Positions 10,291 to 19,484 of a stretch of 64,000 bases of DNA are shown one piece after another. The stretch is from an uncultured virus (IMG/VR IMGVR_UViG_3300042363_000251) (taxonomy: Duplodnaviria; Heunggongvirae; Uroviricota; Caudoviricetes): IMG/VR virus record IMGVR_UViG_3300042363_000251, one strand, 5' to 3'. Each line of letters starts with the position of its first letter. Position 1 is the stretch's first letter. The notes below the pieces were generated by a model that saw only the letters and a program-made list of their open reading frames with translations, did not search any database and was not told the DNA's origin. The position numbers and the translations under genes were made by a program.

Positions 10291-10527
10291 TTAGATAAAC
10301 TCGTTAAGGCTGCTAAAAACTTGAGTAATAAACTTGTGTTCCAGGATTACAGTTTCGCCTGCATCGCGCTTTACTGCGCCCTTAAACAGGGAAAACCCTT
10401 TGTCAACTGTAACATGATGCTGAACTTCACCGCCAAATGCTACACGGCTGAGTTTGACCACACCGCTTACATTTACCGAATCCATGTAACGACCCTTAAC
10501 GCGAAGACCTTCCAAGTTCCAGTTCAT
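10291..10527 (-). CDS. Small early hypothetical protein
   Basis: Start MNWNLEG after GGAG. Confidence 0.5.
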   Translation of the reverse strand: MNWNLEGLRVKGRYMDSVNVSGVVKLSRVAFGGEVQHHVTVDKGFSLFKGAVKRDAGETVILEHKFITQVFSSLNEFI

Positions 10528-10528
10528 G

Positions 10529-10750
10529 TTAGTTCCACTCCTTTCGGTTATCAGCATTGTCAGCATAGCCCTGCTTGTATGCAGCCACTTCTTCAGCACT
10601 CATGTCTACTTCTTCAATCTTAGTTGAAGAGTAAGTAGCACCAGTAAAGTAATGGGGCGTATAAGGGCGACCGTAAAAAGCATCTGCTGCACCACGATCA
10701 TAAGCACCACCGTGTCGTGTGAATGGAGTGCGTTTTGAGTAGTCTGTCAT
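10529..10750 (-). CDS. Small early hypothetical protein
   Basis: HGGAYDRGAADAFYGR; AGGAG SD and promoter upstream. Confidence 0.65.
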   Translation of the reverse strand: MTDYSKRTPFTRHGGAYDRGAADAFYGRPYTPHYFTGATYSSTKIEEVDMSAEEVAAYKQGYADNADNRKEWN

Positions 10751-10782
10751 GCTGTTTGCTCCTGTTCGTTGACTATAAAGCT

Positions 10783-10815
10783 ATTATAGCAGATTTGGGC
10801 AAGAAGTCAAGCCTT
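10783..10815 (-). promoter_or_regulatory. Early sigma70-type promoter cassette copy
   Basis: AAGGC-TTGACT-N16-TATAAT. Confidence 0.85.
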
Positions 10816-10993
10816 AATCAAAAAAGTTGCCGGGCTGACATACAAATTCATTCTTACCAGCATCAGCCCATACCATGGGATGCAAATCCAACTTGTCAAT
10901 AACCTGACGGTTACACATTTCCATCGCCTTACCAATGGACTCAGCGGTGAACTCGTAGGTTTCTTTCTTTACATAAAATTTGACTGTAATCAT
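10814..10993 (-). CDS. Small early hypothetical protein (59 aa, not in ORF track)
   Basis: MITVNFYVKKETYEF...GNFFD*; AGAGGA SD. Confidence 0.6.
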   Translation of the reverse strand: MITVKFYVKKETYEFTAESIGKAMEMCNRQVIDKLDLHPMVWADAGKNEFVCQPGNFFD

Positions 10994-11024
10994 AATTTGA
11001 TCCTCTTTATTTTAGTCAAGCCTT

Positions 11025-11381
11025 TTAGATCAGTACTTGAATTTTGTTGAAACCGAAATCGTCAACCATGTGAAACTCACCGGTTGGATCTTGGATGATA
11101 TCGCCGACACTGACAGAATGCATACGGTCAAGGCGAACTATTTTTGCTTCAGGACCGACATTACCGACATGAAATACTTCATCTAAGTCACTAGCGGCAA
11201 TTTCACACACGGGGGTAAAGTAGGCGAACATTGATGGTTCCCACTTAGCAGAACCTTGAAAGCGGATGTCCATTGAAACTTTATATTCGGGGTATTTAAC
11301 AGCAGCTTCAGCGTGTCCGACTTCATTAACGTAATCGTACACTTGTCTTGCAATCTTAAGCTGGTAAACTTTGTATGACAT
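11025..11381 (-). CDS. YodL-like early protein
   Basis: LDEVF...HSVSVGDII...VDDFGF. Confidence 0.6.
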   Translation of the reverse strand: MSYKVYQLKIARQVYDYVNEVGHAEAAVKYPEYKVSMDIRFQGSAKWEPSMFAYFTPVCEIAASDLDEVFHVGNVGPEAKIVRLDRMHSVSVGDIIQDPTGEFHMVDDFGFNKIQVLI

Positions 11382-11414
11382 CTAGACTCGCTCCTTTTCT
11401 CAATTTGTATAGCT

Positions 11415-11447
11415 ATTATAGCAGAAATTACCCAAATGTCAAGCCTT
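11415..11447 (-). promoter_or_regulatory. Early sigma70-type promoter cassette copy
   Basis: TTGACA-N16-TATAAT. Confidence 0.85.
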
Positions 11448-11792
11448 ATTGAACTCCTGAACGTCTTTAATTGCGCTCAATACTTCAGCCAGTGCAGCCA
11501 ATTCATACTGTTCAATAAGATTTGAAGTTGGTAAAGTACTTTGTGCTGGGTACTTGGCTTTATGAATAACGCGATCAGTAACGATAGAAACTATATCGTC
11601 ACCTTGTTCAATGCTTTCAAGTACTTGTTTTAACACACGTTCTTTGGCGGCAGCTTGAAAAACTGAAATACCCCAAGTAAGAGTATAAGCAGCATCAACT
11701 GCCATTTTAGCAGTAAATTCAGCAATCTCGGCTTGTACGCTTACCAAGTCACGCTGAAAACGATTAGTGATATACGCTTTTTCTGAAATCAT
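11439..11792 (-). CDS. Early hypothetical protein
   Basis: AGGAG SD; stop codon lies within the next promoter's -35 region. Confidence 0.65.
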   Translation of the reverse strand: MISEKAYITNRFQRDLVSVQAEIAEFTAKMAVDAAYTLTWGISVFQAAAKERVLKQVLESIEQGDDIVSIVTDRVIHKAKYPAQSTLPTSNLIEQYELAALAEVLSAIKDVQEFNKA

Positions 11793-11823
11793 TTTACTGC
11801 TCCTTTTCTCAATTTGTATAGCT

Positions 11824-11893
11824 ATTATAGCATATTTGGGTAAGAAGTCAAGCCTTTGGGTGAAATAATTTTCCTAAGGAAATCAGTGCTTTT
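11824..11893 (-). promoter_or_regulatory. Early promoter cassette copy with degenerate IHF-like site
   Basis: TTGACT-N16-TATAAT; TTTGGGT motifs; AATCAGTGCTTT 29 nt upstream of -35. Confidence 0.8.
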
Positions 11894-12161
11894 ATACAGT
11901 CTGAGTTACAGTAACATCACCTTCATACACAGTTACTTTCAGTCCAGGTCCCAGATTCCGAATCTGAGCGGCTATAGTATTCGCCTCAGCTTTGCTGATG
12001 TCCGGGGTCCAGGGACCAGTCCTGGTTGACCGATTATCATAAACGCGATATTTATACCCGCGATAATCACCGTAGTTAAAGTTGTCTCTGCGAGTTTTGG
12101 CAACTGTCAGACCGGTAACATTTTTGATGATACGGTTAATTGCTGATGCGTAACTTTTCAT
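11892..12161 (-). CDS. Early hypothetical protein
   Basis: 89-aa ORF downstream of the promoter at 12197-12224. Confidence 0.6.
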   Translation of the reverse strand: MKSYASAINRIIKNVTGLTVAKTRRDNFNYGDYRGYKYRVYDNRSTRTGPWTPDISKAEANTIAAQIRNLGPGLKVTVYEGDVTVTQTV

Positions 12162-12196
12162 GTCTGATTTCTTCGTGTTGTTTGCTATATGTAGTT

Positions 12197-12454
12197 ATTA
12201 TAGCACATTTGGGCAAAGAGTCAAGCCTTTGGCTAAGATATTTTCTATTATTTTAAAGAAACCACTAAGCTAAGTTGTTGATTTATAAAGAGATTTTTAA
12301 CAAAGAATCAATAGCTTACGTTACCTGCTCAACATCTAGGATACTTATGTGAGTGTTGATGCTGCTGTAAAAAAGAAAAACCTGAAACTGTAATGAAATC
12401 AATCACTTACAGTTTCAGGTTATGTTTAGCAATCCTAATAAAATCAATGACTTA
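12197..12454. promoter_or_regulatory. Non-coding control region: early promoter, four IHF-consensus sites and a 15-bp inverted repeat
   Basis: WATCAANNNNTTR at 12271-12283(-), 12306-12318, 12397-12409, 12442-12454; IR 12379-12393/12407-12421. Confidence 0.75.
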
Positions 12455-12459
12455 GTTGG

Positions 12460-12675
12460 TTACCAAGTTTCCTTGATCTGATCAACGATATTTTTAAAAG
12501 TGGGTGCTGTTTCTTTAATCTGATTTCTTATAATCCCAACCATGGCCTTTGCTGTTTCCCAAAGCACCTCAGCAACAATCAGTAGTAACAGAAAGGGAGC
12601 AGCACACAATGCCATCAAAATAATAAGAGGTCTGCGTACCCAAGGGTTTTCCATATCAGGAAAATAGTTGTTCAT
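12460..12675 (-). CDS. Small membrane protein
   Basis: One TM segment. Confidence 0.55.
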   Translation of the reverse strand: MNNYFPDMENPWVRRPLIILMALCAAPFLLLLIVAEVLWETAKAMVGIIRNQIKETAPTFKNIVDQIKETW

Positions 12676-12896
12676 ATATCCTCACTTTGTTTATTTGTTA
12701 TACCAAATTTAATGTATTTATACCATATTCTTTCGTGCATGTAGTACCATACTGTAGCAGTTACTAACTTTGCTCCTCCCAGTATCGCACCTAATTCAAA
12801 ACTACCAGTTACTAACCATGCAATTAGTAAACTGTCAATTGAACCTATTATTCGCCAACTTATAGCTTTGGCAACATGCCTACGCTTTAGGATCAT
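12672..12896 (-). CDS. DUF2061-like membrane protein
   Basis: KAISWRIIG...YYMHERIW. Confidence 0.75.
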   Translation of the reverse strand: MILKRRHVAKAISWRIIGSIDSLLIAWLVTGSFELGAILGGAKLVTATVWYYMHERIWYKYIKFGITNKQSEDI

Positions 12897-13138
12897 TTAA
12901 TATCAAAATGTCTTTTAATCGCAGCACTACATTCTTTGGCAAATATAGCAGTAGGTGCTTGGTCATGTAGAAAACTTCCACCGTCCACAACATTTACACA
13001 TTCTTTCACAATCAACTCGGCGAACTGTTCCATCTGTTCGTAACTTCCACCAATTGAGTATCTACCCACAGTGATGTCATCGCCAAAATCCGCCAACACA
13101 TTTGCTTGTTTAGCAATTTCTAAAATTCGTTCGTTCAT
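12893..13138 (-). CDS. Hypothetical protein (MNERI...FAELIVKEC family)
   Basis: Start MNERILEIAKQA. Confidence 0.65.
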   Translation of the reverse strand: MNERILEIAKQANVLADFGDDITVGRYSIGGSYEQMEQFAELIVKECVNVVDGGSFLHDQAPTAIFAKECSAAIKRHFDIK

Positions 13139-13195
13139 CGCTTTATCACATCCAATTCCATAATTAAAACTATCCTCGCATAATACCAATGTTTT

Positions 13196-14254
13196 TTATT
13201 TGTTTTCATCTTTTTTCCATTTGTTAATTATTTCAATAAAAGTTGTATTAGATTGTAATTGTTGGTACATCTGCTTAGCCAAATCATAATGTTCATTGGG
13301 GCCCGGATGAACGTAGTCTCTTGCTATCGTTTGAACAAACAAATTTTCATATAGCGTTTTGTCTCGTAGATGAGCATCAATGTAGTGATTCTGTAATTCT
13401 TCAGGTATAGAACAATCTATATTTGTATCTTCGGTGTGAGCGGCTATATTATAAGCACTAAGGTCATTACCCCAAAAACTAAAGAACCACGGTATATTTT
13501 TAGATTGTAAAAAATATTTGATGAACAGTAGACTACGAAAACAGTCATGGTATAATTGTCTGTAGTTAATATTTTTTGTCATCGCTTCGTGAGCTGCTGT
13601 CGCGATGTGCGATGCGCCGGGACGCAAATAACCTAAATAATGCCAAATATACGGTATATTTTTATCGTCAGTTATTATTAATTCTTTTCTAGTAACAGGT
13701 GGAAATAAAAAATAAACCATATCAGGACTAGCATTATCATGCTCAATTGCAGTATACACATATCGTATAGCTGCATCTAAGCTTCTACCTCCCTTCCCTA
13801 AATTTAATTTTGCTATAGGTGCACTAATTTGTGTGCAAATCATGTCAGTCAAAAAACTATGCCAAATGTGGTCTTCCGGCAAGCCAATCCCTTCAGTTAA
13901 TGAGCATCCACTTACCATCAAAGTTTTATATTTTCGGGCATCTTCAAATTCTGAAGGGGCGCAACCTGCGCGATGCCCTCTAGAGGTATAGGAATATACT
14001 ATGTCATTTTCGCCATATGTTTTATTACTCGGCACTAAAGCATTCTTTAAGGAGTTTTTTCTGAATGTCTGTTCATCATCCCTTGTACAGTACCATTTAA
14101 ATGACGTAAGAGCTTCCCCAAATGTTGTAAAATCATACCAATTCCAAAGATTTACTCTATTAGCTGGATAGGGACATGTTTTTGGTAATCTTGCTACACT
14201 ACTGCTGTCCCGGACATTTGCTTGTTCAGCAAGTTCTCTAATTCGTTCGTTCAT
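13196..14254 (-). CDS. SGNH/GDSL-like hydrolase-fold protein
   Basis: GCSLTEGIG, NLGKGG, DYVHPGP. Confidence 0.55.
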   Translation of the reverse strand: MNERIRELAEQANVRDSSSVARLPKTCPYPANRVNLWNWYDFTTFGEALTSFKWYCTRDDEQTFRKNSLKNALVPSNKTYGENDIVYSYTSRGHRAGCAPSEFEDARKYKTLMVSGCSLTEGIGLPEDHIWHSFLTDMICTQISAPIAKLNLGKGGRSLDAAIRYVYTAIEHDNASPDMVYFLFPPVTRKELIITDDKNIPYIWHYLGYLRPGASHIATAAHEAMTKNINYRQLYHDCFRSLLFIKYFLQSKNIPWFFSFWGNDLSAYNIAAHTEDTNIDCSIPEELQNHYIDAHLRDKTLYENLFVQTIARDYVHPGPNEHYDLAKQMYQQLQSNTTFIEIINKWKKDENK

Positions 14255-14490
14255 CGTTTTAACACATCCACTAAGTGTATTTGATCGTAAGCTACTTTAG
14301 CAGCTTCGTTTAGTTTGTTTAAATAAGTAGCATAATCATGTGCCCTGCGCGTTTGTGTTTCTTTATCATAAAGATCACCAAAAGGAAACACAGCGGCATG
14401 CGGTCTACCTTCACTGACATCACGAGCATCAGATACTACTATCCAATCACCTCTGTTGTTGATCCAAACTTTAAATACGCGATTACTCAT
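14251..14490 (-). CDS. Hypothetical protein
   Basis: ORF coupled with neighbours. Confidence 0.55.
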   Translation of the reverse strand: MSNRVFKVWINNRGDWIVVSDARDVSEGRPHAAVFPFGDLYDKETQTRRAHDYATYLNKLNEAAKVAYDQIHLVDVLKR

Positions 14491-14753
14491 TAGTGAATCC
14501 TCTCTTCATCCTCAAACGCCACAAACTTACCAGCGTCAATCAGGTTTTCAATTTCAGTGTCAATAGCATCCAGTTCAGGCATTTCAAATTCTAGTTTACC
14601 TAATTCAGATAAAAAATCAATCACAGAGTCTTCAGCACCTTGCGGAATAACGATCACTCGTGGCTCACTTTTATCAAGATGATCATAGTTACCTTCAGCA
14701 GCCTGTTCTATCATTTGTTTTAGTATATCACGCCAATCCATTTTCTCACTCAT
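14490..14753 (-). CDS. Acidic hypothetical protein
   Basis: ORF coupled with neighbours. Confidence 0.5.
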   Translation of the reverse strand: MSEKMDWRDILKQMIEQAAEGNYDHLDKSEPRVIVIPQGAEDSVIDFLSELGKLEFEMPELDAIDTEIENLIDAGKFVAFEDEERIH

Positions 14754-15171
14754 AAGTCCAGCCCAATACCTTCTTTAGTTTATTCTTTACTAAAAGATTG
14801 GGCATTCTAACACGCTTAGTGTCTTCAAAGCCCATCATAACTCCGACTTCTGCTACTGCCCCGCTACGGCACAATCCAGCATGGCAATGTACTATCACAT
14901 GGCGTTTGTAGAACAAAGCAAGTTCCAAGATTTCTATGATCTCCAGAGCCTGAGCATCTGTGATCAGCTTTTTGGGCACGAAAGGAAATTCTCCAGCGCC
15001 CTCGTTGTCTTCAGCATCATGAAACTGAAAATGGTGCTTGGCAACATAGCTATGCGCAGTAACAGGAGCAGGGGTACCTGGATCAGTAATCTGAATCAGA
15101 TAGCTATCACCAGGATGAGGGTAGTCACCTGACTCAGCTTGTGCGTAAGATATGTTGATGATTTTGGGCAT
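14746..15171 (-). CDS. Protein-tyrosine/dual-specificity phosphatase-like protein
   Basis: VHCHAGLCRSG (HCxxGxxR). Confidence 0.85.
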   Translation of the reverse strand: MPKIINISYAQAESGDYPHPGDSYLIQITDPGTPAPVTAHSYVAKHHFQFHDAEDNEGAGEFPFVPKKLITDAQALEIIEILELALFYKRHVIVHCHAGLCRSGAVAEVGVMMGFEDTKRVRMPNLLVKNKLKKVLGWTYE

Positions 15172-15434
15172 TAAAATGCTACCTTTTGCTTTTCAACATC
15201 ACGAAAGTTTACCTGAAATTTCATCATTTTCAAGTAGCCGTGAGTACCGCAGAGTCGCACATGTTTCTCTAAACCATAATATTCATGTGCAAAAGTTTTA
15301 ATCGTGATCCAGGGAATCAATTCTTGATTGGCGTTCAGATCCAGATCAATAGATGTAATCTCTCCACGCATGGTACCTGCATGACACTCCCAGCGTACAC
15401 GATCACCTACACGGATATCAGTAACATTGCTCAT
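15171..15434 (-). CDS. Early hypothetical protein
   Basis: IRVGDRVRW SH3-like start. Confidence 0.55.
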   Translation of the reverse strand: MSNVTDIRVGDRVRWECHAGTMRGEITSIDLDLNANQELIPWITIKTFAHEYYGLEKHVRLCGTHGYLKMMKFQVNFRDVEKQKVAF

Positions 15435-15667
15435 TATCTTGCTCCTCTAGTGTATGATTTTACTGAATCAATTAACTTTTTTGCTTCAGATTTATTTTTA
15501 ACAAGTATCATGCTGTGATTCATAATGCCAAAAACATTTTTCTTATCTTTTGTCTCTAGCCAACATGCAGCATCGGCCACAACCAGCCATCCGTGCTGTT
15601 TTTTACGAGCCACTGCAATCCTACGCTTCCCATCAAAAGCAACCAGTGTATTATCTTTGATGGTCAT
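15434..15667 (-). CDS. Early hypothetical protein
   Basis: AGGAG SD; promoter 15699-15726. Confidence 0.6.
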   Translation of the reverse strand: MTIKDNTLVAFDGKRRIAVARKKQHGWLVVADAACWLETKDKKNVFGIMNHSMILVKNKSEAKKLIDSVKSYTRGAR

Positions 15668-15722
15668 CTGTCTTGCTCCTTTCGTTGACTATAAGATAAT
15701 TATACACTATCTGGGTAGAATG

Positions 15723-16217
15723 TCAAGCCGCGTTAAGCTCTTTCAAAGCTTTGCAAGTATCATTATATCCCAGAACACGCCCGTCCCTGAAGGTATATGA
15801 AACATCGTAGTTTGCGCGTTCGCCACCGGTCTGCATATCATACTGCTCGGTTTTAAAAGCAACTTCCTGACGCATATATCCGTATGCGTCATTCATAACA
15901 GTGCGCCTAGCGACCCAGCGACCCTGCTCATAGAACAGTTCAAACGGGGTTTCCCATTCTTCGCACACAGTAGCATCATCGTCCATGATTGACCAATCAA
16001 TCACATACTCTTGAAAACTCTCGTTGCTAGTCTCAACCAAAGACTTAAGAGTAGGAATACCCGTATCCTTGATCTTGAGAACTTGCGTAACCGTGAGATT
16101 GGGTACTACATAAGTGTCGCCGCCCTTGCACTTCCAATGCTGCGGGCACTCACCTTTACCGTCCCAATCATGCGCACCGTAGTTTTCACGAACTTGAGTC
16201 TGAATTACGAGTTTCAT
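15723..16217 (-). CDS. Early hypothetical protein
   Basis: TQVRENYGAHDWDG...WKCKGG; promoter 16248-16275. Confidence 0.7.
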   Translation of the reverse strand: MKLVIQTQVRENYGAHDWDGKGECPQHWKCKGGDTYVVPNLTVTQVLKIKDTGIPTLKSLVETSNESFQEYVIDWSIMDDDATVCEEWETPFELFYEQGRWVARRTVMNDAYGYMRQEVAFKTEQYDMQTGGERANYDVSYTFRDGRVLGYNDTCKALKELNAA

Positions 16218-16314
16218 TTGTTGCTCCTTTTCGTTGACTATATGATTAGTATACAGTATTTGGGTAAAGAGTCAAGCCTTTGGCTGAAAATAAAACTCTT
16301 TGAAAATCAACAAC

Positions 16315-16689
16315 TTACATTGACCAATACGTTTCCGAAGCAGGGGAGCAGCACAGCGGGGTATCAGCGCGTTCCTGAAACTCTTTACCTGACATAAGAT
16401 TTTTGCGAGTAACCATACGAGCACCGCCATAGCTATTATAGCTGCGAATTCGGCTCTGACGGTTGCAGCGAATAACTTGAATATCAACTTTTTCATTCAA
16501 AGCATTTTTGGCTTTCATGTAGGTAGACATATCACAGTCTTCCTCAAGAAACACGTTATCGCCCTTGGTATAGCTGTAATGAGTAATTTTGTCAGCAATA
16601 TCAAGACGTTCCAATTCGCTATAAGGAACGCGCAACCAACCATGACCGGGATCAGAGTAGAACTGAAACTTGCTTTTTGCTTTAGACAT
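16315..16689 (-). CDS. Early hypothetical protein
   Basis: DPGHGWL...FLEEDCD; C-terminal TPLCCSPASETYWSM; promoter 16720-16747. Confidence 0.7.
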   Translation of the reverse strand: MSKAKSKFQFYSDPGHGWLRVPYSELERLDIADKITHYSYTKGDNVFLEEDCDMSTYMKAKNALNEKVDIQVIRCNRQSRIRSYNSYGGARMVTRKNLMSGKEFQERADTPLCCSPASETYWSM

Positions 16690-16743
16690 TTCGCGCTCCT
16701 TTTCGTTGACTATGAAGTAATTATAGCAGGTTTGGGTAAGAAG

Positions 16744-17214
16744 TCAAGCCTTTTTACTAACTATCTGAACCCGGTTGGTGTAGTTATTGAATTCTTGTTC
16801 GGTCAGCTCTTTGCCGTTGATATACCACTCACAACTGCCATTAGCCCATTCACGAGCAGGGCCGTCTACGCGGTGCCGTTTATCGTTGACATACCACGCG
16901 CGGTCTCCGTTAGTACATTCCACAGCAGGCCCGTCTGTGCGGTGACGTTTGCCGTCGACTACCCAAAAACGGCTACTAGCATATTCGCAAGCAGGGCCGT
17001 TTTCGCGGTGAAGTTTGCCGTTGAAGTACCAAACGCGGACCCCGGTAGTATATTCGAAAGCAGGGCCATCTGTTCTGTGTGGTTTGCCGTTTACCCACCA
17101 AGCACGATAGCCATTAACCCCTTCGATAGCAGGGCCGTCTTCGCGGTGACGTTTGCCATTGACATACCAAAAACGGTCGCCGTTGTCATGTACTTTTACT
17201 TGATATTTTTTCAT
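16744..17214 (-). CDS. MORN-like (WYxNGKxHRxDGPA) repeat protein
   Basis: Five full ~23-aa repeats plus a partial one; AGGAG SD; promoter 17248-17275. Confidence 0.8.
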   Translation of the reverse strand: MKKYQVKVHDNGDRFWYVNGKRHREDGPAIEGVNGYRAWWVNGKPHRTDGPAFEYTTGVRVWYFNGKLHRENGPACEYASSRFWVVDGKRHRTDGPAVECTNGDRAWYVNDKRHRVDGPAREWANGSCEWYINGKELTEQEFNNYTNRVQIVSKKA

Positions 17215-17247
17215 GCATTCGTGCTCCTTTTCGTTGACTATGTGTAT

Positions 17248-17317
17248 ATAATAGCACATTATACCCAAATGTCAAGCCTTTGGGTAAAAATAAAACTCTA
17301 ATAAAATCAATGACTTA
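17248..17317 (-). promoter_or_regulatory. Early promoter with palindromic operator and IHF site
   Basis: TTGACA-N16-TATTAT; TACCCAAA-N9-TTTGGGTA around -35; AATCAATGACTTA at 17305-17317. Confidence 0.8.
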
Positions 17318-17361
17318 CGAAAACTCATAAATAATCTTTATCTTTCAAGGAGTTATGCAAT

Positions 17362-17733
17362 ATGCTAGTACACAAACATTTGATTATTAGAGCAGAAATT
17401 AATAACCCACCCCGTGACCCTGAATGGGTTATTAACTGGTTAAAAGAGTTGACAGGTAAAATTGGTATGAAAATCTGCATGGGACCTATCAGCGCATATG
17501 TTGACGTTCCCGGCAATAGAGGGGTAACTGCGGTTGTAGTAATTGAAACTAGTCATATGGCTATACATGTTTGGGATGAGGGAAGTCCTAGTTTGATTCA
17601 AATGGATGTGTACACTTGTGGCCAGTTAGATACCGATATTATCTTTAAAGAACTAGAACAGTTTGAACCAGTTAAACTAGAATACAAGTATCTAGACAGA
17701 GAACATGGATTAACAGAAATCTCTGTTAACTAG
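17362..17733 (+). CDS. speD: S-adenosylmethionine decarboxylase proenzyme
   Basis: GVTAVVVIETSHMAIHVW...DVYTCG pyruvoyl-forming motif. Confidence 0.85.
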   Translation: MLVHKHLIIRAEINNPPRDPEWVINWLKELTGKIGMKICMGPISAYVDVPGNRGVTAVVVIETSHMAIHVWDEGSPSLIQMDVYTCGQLDTDIIFKELEQFEPVKLEYKYLDREHGLTEISVN

Positions 17734-18115
17734 TAACTCGTTTATAGTCAAACCATCCCAAAACTTCTGCACCTGAAATCTTTTGTTCTTTAAGAGTATT
17801 CAGGTGCTTTTCTATGTATCTAAAAAGAAAGCCATGCATATCTCTTTGTTCATGCTCTTTTCTTCCATCTAGTATGTGATCCCATTTACCTAATGTTTCA
17901 AACGCATTAGCATAGTAAAGTTTTCGGTAGTTAAGATTTAATTCTCGCCTCATCTCTGGAGTAGGATAAATGTTTAACAATGTACCGCCAAAACAAAGAG
18001 CCATTTTATGAGGCATTACTATACCATTCCAATATACAATATAATCATCGCATTGTGGAACGTATTTTAAAACTGGTCTATTATCTAACAAACTCCAAGC
18101 TTTTTCTGCTGACAT
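17726..18115 (-). CDS. Hypothetical protein
   Basis: 129-aa ORF. Confidence 0.5.
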   Translation of the reverse strand: MSAEKAWSLLDNRPVLKYVPQCDDYIVYWNGIVMPHKMALCFGGTLLNIYPTPEMRRELNLNYRKLYYANAFETLGKWDHILDGRKEHEQRDMHGFLFRYIEKHLNTLKEQKISGAEVLGWFDYKRVTS

Positions 18116-18123
18116 GTTAACCC

Positions 18124-18822
18124 CTAAAGTGTATTGTCGTAATCATCAGCACCAGCAAAATCCCAAGAAGAATCTTTAAATTCTTGAATAGCTTCTATTG
18201 TACCCTCTACAGGATTAAATCCATAAGTCCAATACTTGATTAATCTTTTAGGCGCTTGTTTAGTAATATGATTAAATCTAAGTGAATGACTATTAATATC
18301 CTTAACAGTCATTTCACCTAAAATCCATTCGTTACCAGTTGTAGCTACTTGACATACACTAATGTCAAAGTGATCAATAACTTCTTTAATAGTGTCAAAA
18401 TACTTACAAGTAATTATTTGTACTTTCCAATTTTTATTATTTGCATTTATATTAAACGTACATGCGTTATCCGTTTTTATAACTACATGCGAATGACCAT
18501 GGCTATAGTCCGACAATCCAATATGTTTAATATAGTCTATTAGCTTTTCTGCTTGTTTTTCATTTTTACAAAAAACATCTATGTCGCTGTGTTCACCAAC
18601 TGGAATATTTTGAAACCAACGTAAACAAGCTCCACCTGCAATCCAAGGGCCTTTATCTATATCAGGGTTAATAACATTGACGGGCAATTGATCATCAGGA
18701 TGAACTGTTTGATATTTACATAGTGAACCCAGTTCTTTTTTCGCTCGTTTTGGCTCACTAAAGATTGAATCTTCTTGGTTCCACGGGATTGCGATTACAT
18801 TAGACCATATGCTCATTTTCAT
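18124..18822 (-). CDS. Pol-beta-superfamily nucleotidyltransferase (CCA/polyA-polymerase head-like)
   Basis: IAGGAC...SDIDVF...FDISVCQ. Confidence 0.7.
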   Translation of the reverse strand: MKMSIWSNVIAIPWNQEDSIFSEPKRAKKELGSLCKYQTVHPDDQLPVNVINPDIDKGPWIAGGACLRWFQNIPVGEHSDIDVFCKNEKQAEKLIDYIKHIGLSDYSHGHSHVVIKTDNACTFNINANNKNWKVQIITCKYFDTIKEVIDHFDISVCQVATTGNEWILGEMTVKDINSHSLRFNHITKQAPKRLIKYWTYGFNPVEGTIEAIQEFKDSSWDFAGADDYDNTL

Positions 18823-19409
18823 TACCTCTTAGTAACTACTTCGTCTGCTAGTCCATATTCAACAGCTTCGGCAGCAGACATAAAAAAGTCTCGCTCCATG
18901 TCCTTAGCTAATTCTTCAAACGTTTTATTTTTACTGTTATGCTTGACATAGATTTCAGTAAGAGACTTCTTCATTGCCAAGATTTCTTTTACTTGAATTT
19001 CCATATCAGTTGCTTGACCACGAGCACCTCCGGAGGGCTGATGAACCATATGACGAGCATTGGGCAGAATTTTACGTTTACCAGGAGAACCAGCTTGTGC
19101 TAAAAGTGATCCCATTGAACAGGATTGTCCCATTACAATAGTGTTCACATCTGGTTTGATAAACTGAATTGTATCGTAAATAGCCATGCCTGCAGTAACA
19201 GAGCCGCCGGGAGAATTTATATAAAGAAAGATGTCTTTGTCCGGATCTTCTGATTCCAGAAACAAAAGCTGGGCTACAATCAAGTTAGCCATTTGATCAT
19301 GAACTTCACCTTCAAGTAGTATTACCCGATCTTTTAACAAACGTGAATAAATGTCGTAACTACGTTCACCGCGTGAAGTTTGTTCAATTACAATGGGAAT
19401 CAATGCCAT
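18822..19409 (-). CDS. clpP: ATP-dependent Clp protease proteolytic subunit
   Basis: [33 protein letters not shown]. Confidence 0.97.
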   Translation of the reverse strand: MALIPIVIEQTSRGERSYDIYSRLLKDRVILLEGEVHDQMANLIVAQLLFLESEDPDKDIFLYINSPGGSVTAGMAIYDTIQFIKPDVNTIVMGQSCSMGSLLAQAGSPGKRKILPNARHMVHQPSGGARGQATDMEIQVKEILAMKKSLTEIYVKHNSKNKTFEELAKDMERDFFMSAAEAVEYGLADEVVTKR

Positions 19410-19484
19410 AAAAAATCCTCTTAGTTATATTATGTGAGATTCTATAATACACTAAGAGGATTAGTAAATCAATATAAATGGTGA

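Noticed and set aside
16800..17190. 69-bp periodic repeats as a possible CRISPR array or DGR template/variable repeats
   Set aside because: In-frame protein repeats with codon-level divergence; no unique spacers, cas genes or reverse transcriptase in the window
16477..17301. 274-aa plus-strand repetitive ORF
   Set aside because: Antisense of the MORN-like repeat gene and crosses promoter cassettes
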